Shown: positions 29,629 through 38,648 of the stretch, piece after piece | How the letters are laid out: every line of letters starts with the position of its first letter | Position numbering within the stretch: position 1 is the first letter of the stretch | Origin: Synergistota bacterium | GTDB lineage: Bacteria > Synergistota > Synergistia > Synergistales > 79-D21 | Assembly (NCBI GenBank): GCA_022839995.1 | Contig: JALHIN010000002.1 | Location: 44,983 to 108,982 of the forward strand | DNA length: 64,000 bases | Reading direction: 5' to 3' | Notes under the pieces: model-generated | Told to the model about the DNA's origin: nothing | Databases searched by the model: none | Seen by the model: only the letters and a program-made list of their open reading frames with translations | Position numbers and translations under genes: made by a program

Positions 29629-31606
29629 AATCAGGGTTTATGAACTCGCCAAGATGCTTGATGTACCGAACAAGGAGCTGATGGAAATCCTGCAGGCGCT
29701 GGATGTCGACGTAAAGACACACATGAGTTCCATCGACTCGGATGTCGCCCAGATCCTGGAGGAAACCGTCAGGGAGCGCCGAAAGAAAGAAGCAAAAGAA
29801 GAGAAACCCGCGGCTCCCGCCCCGGAGCCATTTCAGCCCGAAACCGTTGAAATCCCGGCAGGAATCACAATTCGAGAAGTTGCAGAGCGCCTCGGGCTGG
29901 GAACGGCCGAAGTGGTCAAGCACCTCGTCACGGCCGGCCTGATGCTCCCCGCAACGGCGAGGATCGACGAGGCCAGCCTCTCGAAGATCGAGGAACTGGC
30001 GGGGGTACATCTGAAACTCGTCCAGGAGGTAGTTCAGGAAGAACCGGTTCCCCCTACGGTGAAGAAAAAGAAAGCTCCTTCGCAGGGGCGCCTCGTCGAC
30101 CGGCCGCCGATCGTCACGGTCATGGGACATGTCGATCACGGGAAGACCACACTTCTCGACTACATCCGGAAAACCGCGGTTGCGGCCAGGGAAGCGGGAG
30201 GCATCACCCAGCACATAGGCGCGTCGGTGGTCGAACACGAAGGGAAGAAGATCGTTTTCCTGGACACGCCTGGACACGAAGCTTTTACCTCCATGCGAGC
30301 CCGGGGAGCCCAGGTCACGGATATTGCCGTCCTGGTGTGCGCCGCCGATGACGGGGTGATGCCCCAAACAGTGGAAGCACTGAATCACGCCAAGGCCGCC
30401 GGAGTGCCGATCATCGTGGCGGTCAACAAGATCGACAAGCCGGATGCCCGGCCAGACCGGGTTCGGCAGCAGCTCGCCGACCACGGGCTGATCCCGGAAG
30501 AGTGGGGAGGCGACACCGTTTTCGTCGATGTTTCGGCGAAAACGGGGCTAGGGATGGATCAGCTGCTCGAGATGATCCTCCTCGTTGCGGAAATGGCCGA
30601 ATTGAAAGCCAACCCAGACCAGGACGGCGAAGGGGTCATCGTCGAGGCCAAGCTGGACAAGGGCAAAGGACCCGTCGCCACGCTGATCGTCCAGAACGGG
30701 ACGCTGCACCGGGGGGATGTCATTCTTTGCGAGAGCACCTGCGGTCGTGTCCGAGGATTACTGGACGACCAGGGACGGTGGGTCGTCGAAGCGGGTCCCA
30801 GCACCCCAGTGGAGGTGTTGGGGCTGGAAAGCCTTCCGAGCCCGGGGGAGCGTTTCCGGAAAGCTCTCAATGAACGGGAGGCCAGGGATTGCATTGCAGC
30901 CCGGAACCAGGCCATCCGGGATGCCGAAAAGGGGACTGCCCGGAGGCTGACGCTGGAAGAGTTCTACCAGCAGCTTCGGGAAGGCGAAACCCACGTGTTC
31001 AGCTTGGTCCTCAAGTGCGATGTTCAGGGGTCCCTGGAGGCGCTCCGCGCATCGCTGCTCAAGCTTGGGACCGACGAGGTGGGCATCAACATCGTACACG
31101 AAGGCGTAGGCCGGATCTCCGAGTCGGACGTCATGCTGGCCGCCGCGTCAAAAGCGGTGATCATCGGCTTTAACGTCAGGCCCGATTCCAACGCGAAAAA
31201 AATCGCCGAGGCGGAAGGGATCGAAATTCGCCTTTACAACATTATCTACGACGTGATCGATGATATCCGATCGGCGATGGAAGGGATGCTCGCACCGGAA
31301 TTGAGGGAGAAAATTCTCGGGCAGGCCGAAATCCGGGCTTCCTTCAAGGTTCCGAAGGTCGGCAAGATCGCAGGATGCTACGTCCAGGAAGGAACGATCC
31401 GCAGAAACGGGAAAATCCGCCTGATTCGGGACGGAGTCGTTTACTGGGACGGCACCCTGTCAAGCCTAAAGCGGTTCAAGGATGACGTTCGAGAAGTGAC
31501 AAGCGGCTTCGAATGCGGGATGAGCTTCACGAACTTCCACGATTTCAAGGAAGGCGATCACGTAGAATGTTACGAAATCGTGGAGGAGAAACGCCACTTC
31601 AACTAG
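29612..31606 (+). CDS. infB: Translation initiation factor IF-2
   Basis: 664 aa. G domain [18 protein letters not shown]...[15 protein letters not shown]...NKIDK and the C-terminal beta-barrels. GTG start. Confidence 0.95.
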   Translation: MIGLSKIRVYELAKMLDVPNKELMEILQALDVDVKTHMSSIDSDVAQILEETVRERRKKEAKEEKPAAPAPEPFQPETVEIPAGITIREVAERLGLGTAEVVKHLVTAGLMLPATARIDEASLSKIEELAGVHLKLVQEVVQEEPVPPTVKKKKAPSQGRLVDRPPIVTVMGHVDHGKTTLLDYIRKTAVAAREAGGITQHIGASVVEHEGKKIVFLDTPGHEAFTSMRARGAQVTDIAVLVCAADDGVMPQTVEALNHAKAAGVPIIVAVNKIDKPDARPDRVRQQLADHGLIPEEWGGDTVFVDVSAKTGLGMDQLLEMILLVAEMAELKANPDQDGEGVIVEAKLDKGKGPVATLIVQNGTLHRGDVILCESTCGRVRGLLDDQGRWVVEAGPSTPVEVLGLESLPSPGERFRKALNEREARDCIAARNQAIRDAEKGTARRLTLEEFYQQLREGETHVFSLVLKCDVQGSLEALRASLLKLGTDEVGINIVHEGVGRISESDVMLAAASKAVIIGFNVRPDSNAKKIAEAEGIEIRLYNIIYDVIDDIRSAMEGMLAPELREKILGQAEIRASFKVPKVGKIAGCYVQEGTIRRNGKIRLIRDGVVYWDGTLSSLKRFKDDVREVTSGFECGMSFTNFHDFKEGDHVECYEIVEEKRHFN

Positions 31607-31638
31607 GCGGAGTTTCCTGCTATTTTGGGATCCTGCTC

Positions 31639-31938
31639 GTGGAGTTCCAGATCCCCTGGAGCCGGAGCCTCAAGGACCGCAGGCAGGTCGTCCGTTCGCT
31701 CCTCGAAAAACTCAGGAGAGGGGCCAATGTTTCTGCCTCTGACCTAGGTCCCGATGGTGCGTGGGCGAAAGTTTTCCTGGCCGTCGCCACATCGGCCAAC
31801 GACATCGGGCAGGTCAGATCGGTTCTGGACCAGGCAGAGGACTTCCTTCACAGGGAAGCCGAAAACCTGGATTTCGAAATGCTCGCCTCGCGAAGAAAGG
31901 TCGGTTCCTATGACGAGTTTTCGAATCGAGAGAATTAA
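31639..31938 (+). CDS. DUF503 (YlxP-like) protein
   Basis: (V)EFQIPWSRSLKDRRQVVRSLLEKLR matches the DUF503 N-terminal signature (xLxIPxSxSLKxKR). The start is uncertain; GTG at 31639 is the only canonical start after the infB stop. Confidence 0.6.
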   Translation: MEFQIPWSRSLKDRRQVVRSLLEKLRRGANVSASDLGPDGAWAKVFLAVATSANDIGQVRSVLDQAEDFLHREAENLDFEMLASRRKVGSYDEFSNREN

Positions 31939-32314
31939 TAAGGAATTGCTGAGAGAGATCTCCCAATTGCTACAAGGGCGCATCAAGAACGAATGGGCCA
32001 AGAAGGCCATCCTGACCGGCGTTGAGTGTTCCCGTGACCTCAGCACGGCAAAAGTGTACTTCACGACACTCGAAACAGCGGACCAGGAACCGGTAAGGAC
32101 CGGCCTGGAATCGGTCGAGGGCCTGATCCGCAGCATCCTCGGAAAAGAGATGAGGCTTCGAACCATCCCCGAGTTTCGGTTTATCGTCGACCTCAGCGAG
32201 GAGAAGGCAAGGGCGATGGATGCGGTTCTCGACCGCTTGAAGGGCGAAGCCGTGCAAGGCCGGAAACGTGAGACGGTAGAGGAGCCTGGAAAAGACAATG
32301 GAGAGGACGTGTAA
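31910..32314 (+). CDS. rbfA: Ribosome-binding factor A
   Basis: MTSFRIERINKELLREISQLL...VECSRDLSTAKVYF...IPEFRFIVD. The ATG at 31910 lies inside track ORF 31754-32314. Confidence 0.85.
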   Translation: MTSFRIERINKELLREISQLLQGRIKNEWAKKAILTGVECSRDLSTAKVYFTTLETADQEPVRTGLESVEGLIRSILGKEMRLRTIPEFRFIVDLSEEKARAMDAVLDRLKGEAVQGRKRETVEEPGKDNGEDV

Positions 32315-33287
32315 GGCCGCGTCCCCGGGGCCTTCTCCCCTCGCGGAGGCGGTTTCCGCGCTGCGCTGTTCTCCGGAGTGGTTCATCCTTTGCCACGAGC
32401 AGCCTGACGGAGACACCCTCGGATGTGGCAGTGCGTTGTTCATGTTCGGTCAAAAGCTGGGGAAGGCCGTTCGATGGGCGGGACCGGATCCCATCCCGGC
32501 TTCGTATGCGTTCCTTCCGGGGGCCGACAGGTATGAAACCCTACGGGAATTTTCCGCCTCGGGAAATGTCCTGTTGGTTTTCGTCGACACGTCGAACCCG
32601 GAAAGAACGCTCCGGGTAAAGGAAATGCCGGAACGTTTTTCGTTGAATATCGATCACCATGGCGACAACACACGTTTCGCCTCGATTAATCTCGTCGATC
32701 CCGCGGCGGGAGCAACCGCGGAACTGGTCTGGGAAATGCTCGCAGGGCTTGAGAAACCGCTGGACCGGAGTGTCGCGATCGGCCTTTACGCGGGCCTTGT
32801 CACCGATACGGGAAGGTTCGGTTATTCCTGTACGACACCCCGTTCTCACCGCATCGCAGCGGAACTTCTTGAAGCGGGTATCCTCCCTGAGGTGATGGAT
32901 CGGCTGTTGTACTCCAACTGGACCCCCGAGGCTCTTCGATTGAGGGGACGAGCTTTTTCCAGGCTGGACTACGACGGCGTCCGCGGAGTTGCCCTGACCT
33001 GGCTCACCAGGGCCGATTTCGAAGAAACCGGAGCCGATCCCTCCGAAACAGAGGGACTCGCCAGTGAACTGATGCGCATTCGGAATTCCCGGTTTTCCGC
33101 CGTTTTGATCGAGAACGACACCAGTGTCCGGGTCAGCCTGCGTTCGAGGGGGAGGCCTTCCGCAGCGGATATCGCCCACAGGCACGGCGGGGGAGGGCAC
33201 CCTAACGCCGCGGGCATGCAGTTGCCCCTTCCGCTCGAGGCGAGTCTCGAAACGCTAAAGGCAGAAATCCAGGAGAACGATGGCTGA
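32298..33287 (+). CDS. nrnA: DHH/DHHA1 phosphoesterase (NrnA-like oligoribonuclease/pAp phosphatase)
   Basis: Motifs HEQPDGDTLGC, DTSN, DHHGDN and GGGHPNAAG. Confidence 0.8.
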   Translation: MERTCKAASPGPSPLAEAVSALRCSPEWFILCHEQPDGDTLGCGSALFMFGQKLGKAVRWAGPDPIPASYAFLPGADRYETLREFSASGNVLLVFVDTSNPERTLRVKEMPERFSLNIDHHGDNTRFASINLVDPAAGATAELVWEMLAGLEKPLDRSVAIGLYAGLVTDTGRFGYSCTTPRSHRIAAELLEAGILPEVMDRLLYSNWTPEALRLRGRAFSRLDYDGVRGVALTWLTRADFEETGADPSETEGLASELMRIRNSRFSAVLIENDTSVRVSLRSRGRPSAADIAHRHGGGGHPNAAGMQLPLPLEASLETLKAEIQENDG

Positions 33288-34197
33288 CGGGATTCTTCTA
33301 CTGGACAAGCAGCCCGGGGAAACGAGCACGGGCTGTGTGGAAAAAGTCCGCAAGCTCTTCGGAAAGAAATGGAAAGCCGGGCACGGAGGGACCCTGGACA
33401 GTCCCGCTTCCGGATTGTTGGTCATCCTCGTAGGAACCGCCACTCGCCTGTGTCCCTTTGTCCAGGCCCTCCCGAAGGTTTACGAGGTTGCGGCACAACT
33501 AGGGGGGACTTCGGACACGGACGACGCTTCTGGTCACGTCCTGGAGAATCCGCCCGCGGTTTTCCCATCGGCAGAGACCTTCGATCGTGAACTATTGGAG
33601 TTTCTCGGGCTACGGATGCAGGTTCCCCCTGCAGTCTCTGCCATTCACGTCTCGGGGAAGCGAGCACACCGGCTCGCCCGTTCGGGGGAGAACCCGAAGC
33701 TCTTGCCGAGACCCGTAACAATCACGTCTTTTTCAGATGTGTCAGGCCCGGATTCGAGAGGAAGAGTCCGATTCAGGGTCATGTGCCACAAGGGAACGTA
33801 CGTTCGAAGCCTGGTTCGGGACCTAGGCATTCGCCTTGGCTGCGGGGCCTACGTCGTTTCTCTGAGAAGGATTTCGATCGGATCTTTCCGGATTGAAGAG
33901 GCCGATCCTGTGTCCTGCCTCTTCCGTCTAGGAGAGGACGCGGCCAGGGAACGTCTTCGTGACGTTGATGCCCTACTGGACCATTTTGTCGCCTATCGGG
34001 TTCCTCAAGAACTCGAAGGCGACATCCGGAACGGTAAGCCCGTTCCTTCTTCCTGCCTCCACAGGATTCACTGGGGGCTGATTCCTGAATCCGGGCACGT
34101 GGTGCTGCGAACTAAAAACCTCGCTTCCCTGGCCTTGTGGGAGCAACCCTCCCACTACAGGCCGGATATCGTCCTTTCCCTGGAGGATCGGGGATGA
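33280..34197 (+). CDS. truB: tRNA pseudouridine(55) synthase
   Basis: GILLLDKQPGETS...KAGHGGTLDSPASGLLVILVG (catalytic Asp motif). Confidence 0.9.
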   Translation: MADGILLLDKQPGETSTGCVEKVRKLFGKKWKAGHGGTLDSPASGLLVILVGTATRLCPFVQALPKVYEVAAQLGGTSDTDDASGHVLENPPAVFPSAETFDRELLEFLGLRMQVPPAVSAIHVSGKRAHRLARSGENPKLLPRPVTITSFSDVSGPDSRGRVRFRVMCHKGTYVRSLVRDLGIRLGCGAYVVSLRRISIGSFRIEEADPVSCLFRLGEDAARERLRDVDALLDHFVAYRVPQELEGDIRNGKPVPSSCLHRIHWGLIPESGHVVLRTKNLASLALWEQPSHYRPDIVLSLEDRG

Positions 34198-35135
34198 TCG
34201 CCGCAATCGGAGCCTTCGACGGCTTTCACGTGGGACACGCCAGGCTGTTCGAAACGGCCAGGGAGAGAGCCCTGCCGACCGCCTGCGAGTGGGGCGTCAT
34301 CACTTTCCATCCCCACCCACAGGCGCTTTTCGCCGGAAACGCTTTCCGGTACCTTTTCACCGAGCACGAAAGGGAAGCATTGGCACGGTACCGCCGCATT
34401 CCAAGGCTTGAAACCCTGCATTTCACGCGAGCGCTCGCGGATATGAAACCCTCCGAGTTCCTCGACTGGATCGGTCAAAGCTATGGAATCACCGGGTTGG
34501 TCGTCGGGGAGAATTTCCGCTTCGGAAGGGGGAGGACCGGTGACAGCCAGACCCTCCGGCAGGAGGGGATCGCCCGCCGGTGGTCTGTCGATATCCTGCC
34601 CCCCTTGCGAATGGGGAAAGAAACCGTGAGCAGCACCCTGATCCGGCAAAAAATCAGCCTTGGCGAAACCCGTTCGGCCGAACCCTTGCTGGGGCACCCC
34701 TTCTTTGTTACGGGAACGGTCATCCGAGGAGACCAGAGGGGTAGAAGACTGGGTTTTCCAACAGCCAACCTGGCTCTACCCGCCGAAAAACTCCTCCCGC
34801 AAAGAGGCGTTTACGCGGCTGGCGTCCTCCTGGAGAACCATTGGTGCCCGGCGGCGCTGAACATCGGTTTCAATCCGACTTTTGCGGGAATCCGCGCCTT
34901 GCGGGTCGAAGTCCATCTCATTGGTTTCGAAGGCGATCTCTACGGCCGCCACCTGACTGTGCTGTTCTTGGAACGGCTTCGGGGAGAACTCCAGTTCCCG
35001 GGTGTCCAGGAATTGATCCGCCGGATGCACGAGGACATTTCGGAGGCCGATGCCTCCTGGCGCCGGTACGCCAGCGGGCGTGAATCACAGCTGCAATGGC
35101 TCCATGAATGTCTCTCGATTCAAAGGAAGGATTGA
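34194..35135 (+). CDS. ribF: Bifunctional riboflavin kinase / FMN adenylyltransferase
   Basis: IGAFDGFHVGHARL (FAD synthetase) and a C-terminal riboflavin kinase domain GDQRGRRLGFPTANL...PTFAG...EVHLIGFEGDLYG. The ATG overlaps the truB stop. Confidence 0.9.
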   Translation: MIAAIGAFDGFHVGHARLFETARERALPTACEWGVITFHPHPQALFAGNAFRYLFTEHEREALARYRRIPRLETLHFTRALADMKPSEFLDWIGQSYGITGLVVGENFRFGRGRTGDSQTLRQEGIARRWSVDILPPLRMGKETVSSTLIRQKISLGETRSAEPLLGHPFFVTGTVIRGDQRGRRLGFPTANLALPAEKLLPQRGVYAAGVLLENHWCPAALNIGFNPTFAGIRALRVEVHLIGFEGDLYGRHLTVLFLERLRGELQFPGVQELIRRMHEDISEADASWRRYASGRESQLQWLHECLSIQRKD

Positions 35136-35160
35136 AGCACCTAGCCGCCCGTGGTAAGAT
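35132..35160 (+). promoter_or_regulatory. Putative sigma70-type promoter of the (now truncated) chromosomal tRNA-Arg copy
   Basis: TTGAAG (35132-35137), a 17-nt spacer, then TGgTAAGAT extended -10 (35152-60), ending 15 nt before tRNA position 1. Confidence 0.35.
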
Positions 35161-35222
35161 ATCCGTCGTTCCGGTGGGCCCGTAGCTCAGGTGGATAGAG
35201 CGACGGCCTCCTAAGCCGTAGG
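35146..35222 (+). repeat. attL: 77-bp direct repeat (copy 1)
   Basis: Base-for-base identical to 42070-42146. Comprises 30 bp of upstream sequence plus tRNA-Arg positions 1-47. Confidence 0.95.
35176..35222 (+). pseudogene. Truncated tRNA-Arg(CCU) remnant (5' 47 nt only)
   Basis: Acceptor 5' strand, D arm and anticodon arm are present. The sequence diverges after ...GCCGTAGG, so there is no T arm or 3' acceptor strand. Confidence 0.9.
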
Positions 35223-35280
35223 AGTGCGACGAAGGCCATAAACCCTTGCGGTCACTATATTGACGAACTTACCAAGGTTC

Positions 35281-35297
35281 TCAGGAGTGACGGCCTA
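35281..35297 (+). repeat. 17-bp element-internal repeat TCAGGAGTGACGGCCTA (copy 1, near attL)
   Basis: Identical to 41970-41986. Resembles the tRNA D-stem/anticodon-arm segment GAGCGACGGCCT(CCT)AAGC. Confidence 0.8.
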
Positions 35298-35350
35298 AGC
35301 ATTTTTATAATCGTTTCATATGTAAACTACACGCCCAATAAAGTTCATTT

Positions 35351-36424
35351 TTACCGTCCACTCGGGACCCCTTCGGGGGTCTTTTCTGTTTTCCGGGGGC
35401 GGCCTCTCTTGCCTACCTCATCGAGACCTTTTTCAAGTCGTTTTTGACGCCTTTCCAATAGACGGAAGACAGAATCATAACAAGATGGCGGTGTGTCGAA
35501 TTCGCGTATGAAATCCGGATCCGGCTCGTCCATTTGAGGTTTTTGGTGCCTGACCTTCCCAGGGTTGTGGAGCCACACATCCCCCGTTTGTGGGAACCCC
35601 CGATGCAAAGTCTGGGCCAGGAAACGTCTCTCTTCGGCTGTGATCTTCAGAATTCGGCTCATCCCGGCTTTATGCCCGATCATCCCGCAACGGGCACAAG
35701 TATAAAAAGCATCCTCTCCCGTCATATACCTGGCAAGCCGATAGACCACGAAACAGGCCGGGGTTTCTCTAGATTCCTCAAATAAAACCGGCCTTGTCTT
35801 CCTCAGTCTTCCCTTTAGCTCCATTTCCTGTGGAGGGATGGCTCGCAAGGTCGTCGGATAGGCCTTCATCAAGCGGTTTAGGTTCGCATATGCGGCTACC
35901 TTGCAACGTTCCCGTTGTTCTAAAGGCAGTTCTTCGTTCTTGCTCTTCTCATAATCTTCTACAACGAGACCGATTCCCTTCGAGAAAGAAAACCATGTGG
36001 CCAAATCCCCCAGGTGTGTGATTCCGGAAGGTACGTCCACCGCTCCCCAGGTCTCGCTGTCCGTTTCAGAGTGGATTCCAAAAAGGGCACACCTGGAAGC
36101 GATCTCCTTGCATTTCTCTTTGAATTCTTCCCGGTCCTGACAACGCGACAATTCCGCAATCAAATAAAAAAGGGGGACTTTGGCCGGCGTTTTCAATTCC
36201 TCCTCGGCCAACTCCTGGATTCCTTCTCGATCCTTCACGGAAAGAATTTCCTTGCCGTGATACGTAAGCAAAGCCGTCTCGCCGGTTTTAAGTTTGATTC
36301 TTCTGCTTTTCTTATCAGCCCCGTCCCTGAAGTCCCACAAGAGGTTGTCTCGGTCAACGCGATAGTAGAGGTTCTGGACCCTGATCGTCCCCTGTGGGCC
36401 TAATTCGTCAATAGATGAGTTCAT
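35351..36424 (-). CDS. Orphan 357-aa protein (element cargo), unknown function
   Basis: Long ORF with balanced composition, and GGGGGG 9 nt upstream of the ATG. C-terminal basic tail with an AT-hook-like GRPRK, and a single CARCG motif. I recognise no family. Confidence 0.6.
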   Translation of the reverse strand: MNSSIDELGPQGTIRVQNLYYRVDRDNLLWDFRDGADKKSRRIKLKTGETALLTYHGKEILSVKDREGIQELAEEELKTPAKVPLFYLIAELSRCQDREEFKEKCKEIASRCALFGIHSETDSETWGAVDVPSGITHLGDLATWFSFSKGIGLVVEDYEKSKNEELPLEQRERCKVAAYANLNRLMKAYPTTLRAIPPQEMELKGRLRKTRPVLFEESRETPACFVVYRLARYMTGEDAFYTCARCGMIGHKAGMSRILKITAEERRFLAQTLHRGFPQTGDVWLHNPGKVRHQKPQMDEPDPDFIREFDTPPSCYDSVFRLLERRQKRLEKGLDEVGKRGRPRKTEKTPEGVPSGR

Positions 36425-36496
36425 ATGTTTCTTTCCCCCCTATTTCGTATCATTTTACCATCAGCACCGCCAATAGAAAAGAAAGGAGGTGAAGAA

Positions 36497-36703
36497 ATGA
36501 CGATTCTTAGAGCCCTGAGGATGGAGCGTAGGCTCCCCATCGTAGAGATTGCCTTCCATGTGGGAATGGACGACGGGACCTACAGCAAGGCGGAGCGTGG
36601 GTTCAAGCGATTCCCTGAGCGGGTGCGGGAAAGAGTTGCCGGTTTCTTCGGTGTGGAACAGGGTGAGCTTTTCGAGGAGTCGGGCTATGCCCGAAAAAAC
36701 TAA
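36497..36703 (+). CDS. XRE/Cro-type helix-turn-helix regulator
   Basis: 68 aa: MTILRALRMERRLPIVEIAFHVGMDDGTYSKAERGFKRFPERV. AAAGGAGGTG lies 6 nt upstream of the ATG at 36497. It is divergent from the 357-aa gene. Confidence 0.7.
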   Translation: MTILRALRMERRLPIVEIAFHVGMDDGTYSKAERGFKRFPERVRERVAGFFGVEQGELFEESGYARKN

Positions 36704-37541
36704 CCCCCGGACGGGACCGGGGGAAAGAAAGGGTGAAAACTTTATGACAAACTATAACTGCAATGAGCATACAACCAGCAAGCCTATCATGTCAACCTTC
36801 GACGGGTCTCCGGTAGTGGTGGGAAGGTACGACGAGAAATCCCGCTCCTTCCTGAACATCGTGAAAGCATCGGACCGGTTCAGGACTCACGACGCCTACG
36901 GCTTCGACGAGCCCGCCGTGGAGGAGTTGAAGAAGTTGGGTTGCCTGGAGATCGAGCTACAGATTACCGGAGGCAACCGGTACCGGATCGATTTTCAGAC
37001 CTTCCTGAAGCAGGCCCGCCGGATCGATTGGCCTAAACGGGGTGAAACTCGCTTCCCAGCAAGGCTGTATGTTCCCATGAGCTTCTGGCAAGTCGTCCAG
37101 GATGAGGTTGAAATGCCGGCGGTCATGGAAGAGCCGTCTGGAATGGACGACGGGAACCAGGAAGGATTGCCTCTGGTTGAAGAGCCGGTTCTGGCTACGC
37201 TTTTTGACGAGAATTCCCTTCGTGCCGTGAACCTCCTGGTCATCGGCTGGGGGTGGATCGGTGGAGAAGCCAACGGCTATCCCCCGCGTTTTCGGGCCAC
37301 AATACATTGTGACCAGTGTTCCACGATGTTCGAATCCGAAGTTCCCCATTTCGATTCCTGTCCGAATTGTGGAGCTCCCACCAGGCAAATGCATTGTTGC
37401 TGTATAGATGTTCTTCCAATCCCTCCAAAGAGGAAATACGTTTTACAAAAAGAACACTTAATCATGGATTCCAAGAAAGAGGACGAATCTCTCGAAGTGA
37501 TCCTGGCCGCAAGGCCGGTTAAAGAAGGTGTGGCGGCATGA
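36687..37541 (+). CDS. Orphan protein with C-terminal Cys4 zinc ribbon (element cargo)
   Basis: CDQC-x13-CPNC followed by HCCC. The start could be ATG 36687 (GAGGAG 7 nt upstream) or ATG 36744. I recognise no family. Confidence 0.55.
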   Translation: MPEKTNPRTGPGERKGENFMTNYNCNEHTTSKPIMSTFDGSPVVVGRYDEKSRSFLNIVKASDRFRTHDAYGFDEPAVEELKKLGCLEIELQITGGNRYRIDFQTFLKQARRIDWPKRGETRFPARLYVPMSFWQVVQDEVEMPAVMEEPSGMDDGNQEGLPLVEEPVLATLFDENSLRAVNLLVIGWGWIGGEANGYPPRFRATIHCDQCSTMFESEVPHFDSCPNCGAPTRQMHCCCIDVLPIPPKRKYVLQKEHLIMDSKKEDESLEVILAARPVKEGVAA

Positions 37542-38335
37542 CCTCCACCCTTGAGGCCGAAAAGAGCTTCAGCCTCGACGAGGCCCTGAAGGTCTGCGAT
37601 TCCCTGCGGGCCCAGGGTCTTCCTGAAAGCGTCATCCAGAATTTCCAGAAATATGCTGGCTGTGACACCCCACCCCTGGAGCTTCTCCGACAGGAATTCG
37701 GCCTCCCTGTGCAAGCCATCGCCCAGGTAGGAAGATCCGCGGACGCCGAGATCCTCCTGACCCTCCAGGACGGTTCACAGGTGAGCCTCGGAAGCGTCAG
37801 CGACATTCACGCCTTCCGGAAGGTGAAGGAAAGGCTGTTCGCGGAAAACGGCCTGGTCCTTCGCTCGGGACTTCGTAAACAGTGGGACGGGATCCTGAAG
37901 GCCATTGCCCAGCTCAAGACCGTGATCGAGGCACCGGATGCGGACAGGGACCTTTTGATGACGGCCCTGAACGACATCTGGAGGAATTCCTTCCGGATCG
38001 GGGCCGAATACGTCCAAGGCAGCACGTCCCTCAGCCTGAACCTGGACGACGAACGAAACGAGGACGCCGTCGTCCTGACCCTGGAAACGTCCGAGAAAGG
38101 GCTCAAGACGCCCGCGGGCCGCCTGATCGTCCGGACCACGAGCATCATCCGCCGCCTGAGCCTCTGCGAGGTGGCCCAGGTGAGCCGGAAGGTCGTCACC
38201 AGGGAGTTGTGCAAGATCGGCTTCACGGCGATACGCGTGAACCTGGCAGGCAAAAGGATCGGGACAGGGGCCCGCGATCAGGTGAGGGCATGGGTTTCGC
38301 CTGCGGAATTCGACAGGGTGCTTAGGGGGCTGTGA
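37538..38335 (+). CDS. Orphan 265-aa protein (element cargo)
   Basis: ATGA overlap with the upstream ORF. The C-terminal segment SRKVVTRELCKIGFTAIRVNLAGKRIGTGARDQVRAWV is reminiscent of the C-terminal tails of phage/plasmid replication proteins, but it has no Walker A motif. Confidence 0.55.
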   Translation: MTSTLEAEKSFSLDEALKVCDSLRAQGLPESVIQNFQKYAGCDTPPLELLRQEFGLPVQAIAQVGRSADAEILLTLQDGSQVSLGSVSDIHAFRKVKERLFAENGLVLRSGLRKQWDGILKAIAQLKTVIEAPDADRDLLMTALNDIWRNSFRIGAEYVQGSTSLSLNLDDERNEDAVVLTLETSEKGLKTPAGRLIVRTTSIIRRLSLCEVAQVSRKVVTRELCKIGFTAIRVNLAGKRIGTGARDQVRAWVSPAEFDRVLRGL

Positions 38336-38336
38336 C

Positions 38337-38521
38337 CCCCTATAGTACCCCACTTTTTTTTCTTGCCGAAAAAGGGTCTGTCACACGTCATTCTGTCACA
38401 GAAGAAGGGAAAAACCTTGGTAGCACTACCTTCCACAAGTGACAGATTGTGACGAAAGAGAACCTTCTAAAGATAGTCCAGATTTTTAAGAAGAAAGAAA
38501 AGAAGTGGGGTACTATAGGGG
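38337..38521. repeat. Nested-palindrome/iteron module in the element's largest intergenic gap
   Basis: 19-bp perfect inverted repeat CCCCTATAGTACCCCACTT (38337-55) / AAGTGGGGTACTATAGGGG (38503-21). Inside it: TGTCAC at 38379 and 38394, GTGACA at 38439, GTGAC at 38449, a central GGTAGcaCTACC (38419-30), and flanking T9 and polypurine tracts. Confidence 0.85.
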
Positions 38522-38648
38522 CTTTTTGAATTATGAGAGCCCCTAAAGGGGAAGCGGGTGTGACCTGATGGGGGGTGTGGGTCTTCTACGGAGTTCTTGC
38601 TGTGAACCGGCGGTTTCCCCATTCTCATAGAAAGGGGCGGTCCAGGCT

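Noticed and set aside
35176-35222. Possible second functional tRNA-Arg
   Set aside because: Only the first 47 nt are present. There is no T arm or 3' acceptor strand, so it is an att remnant.
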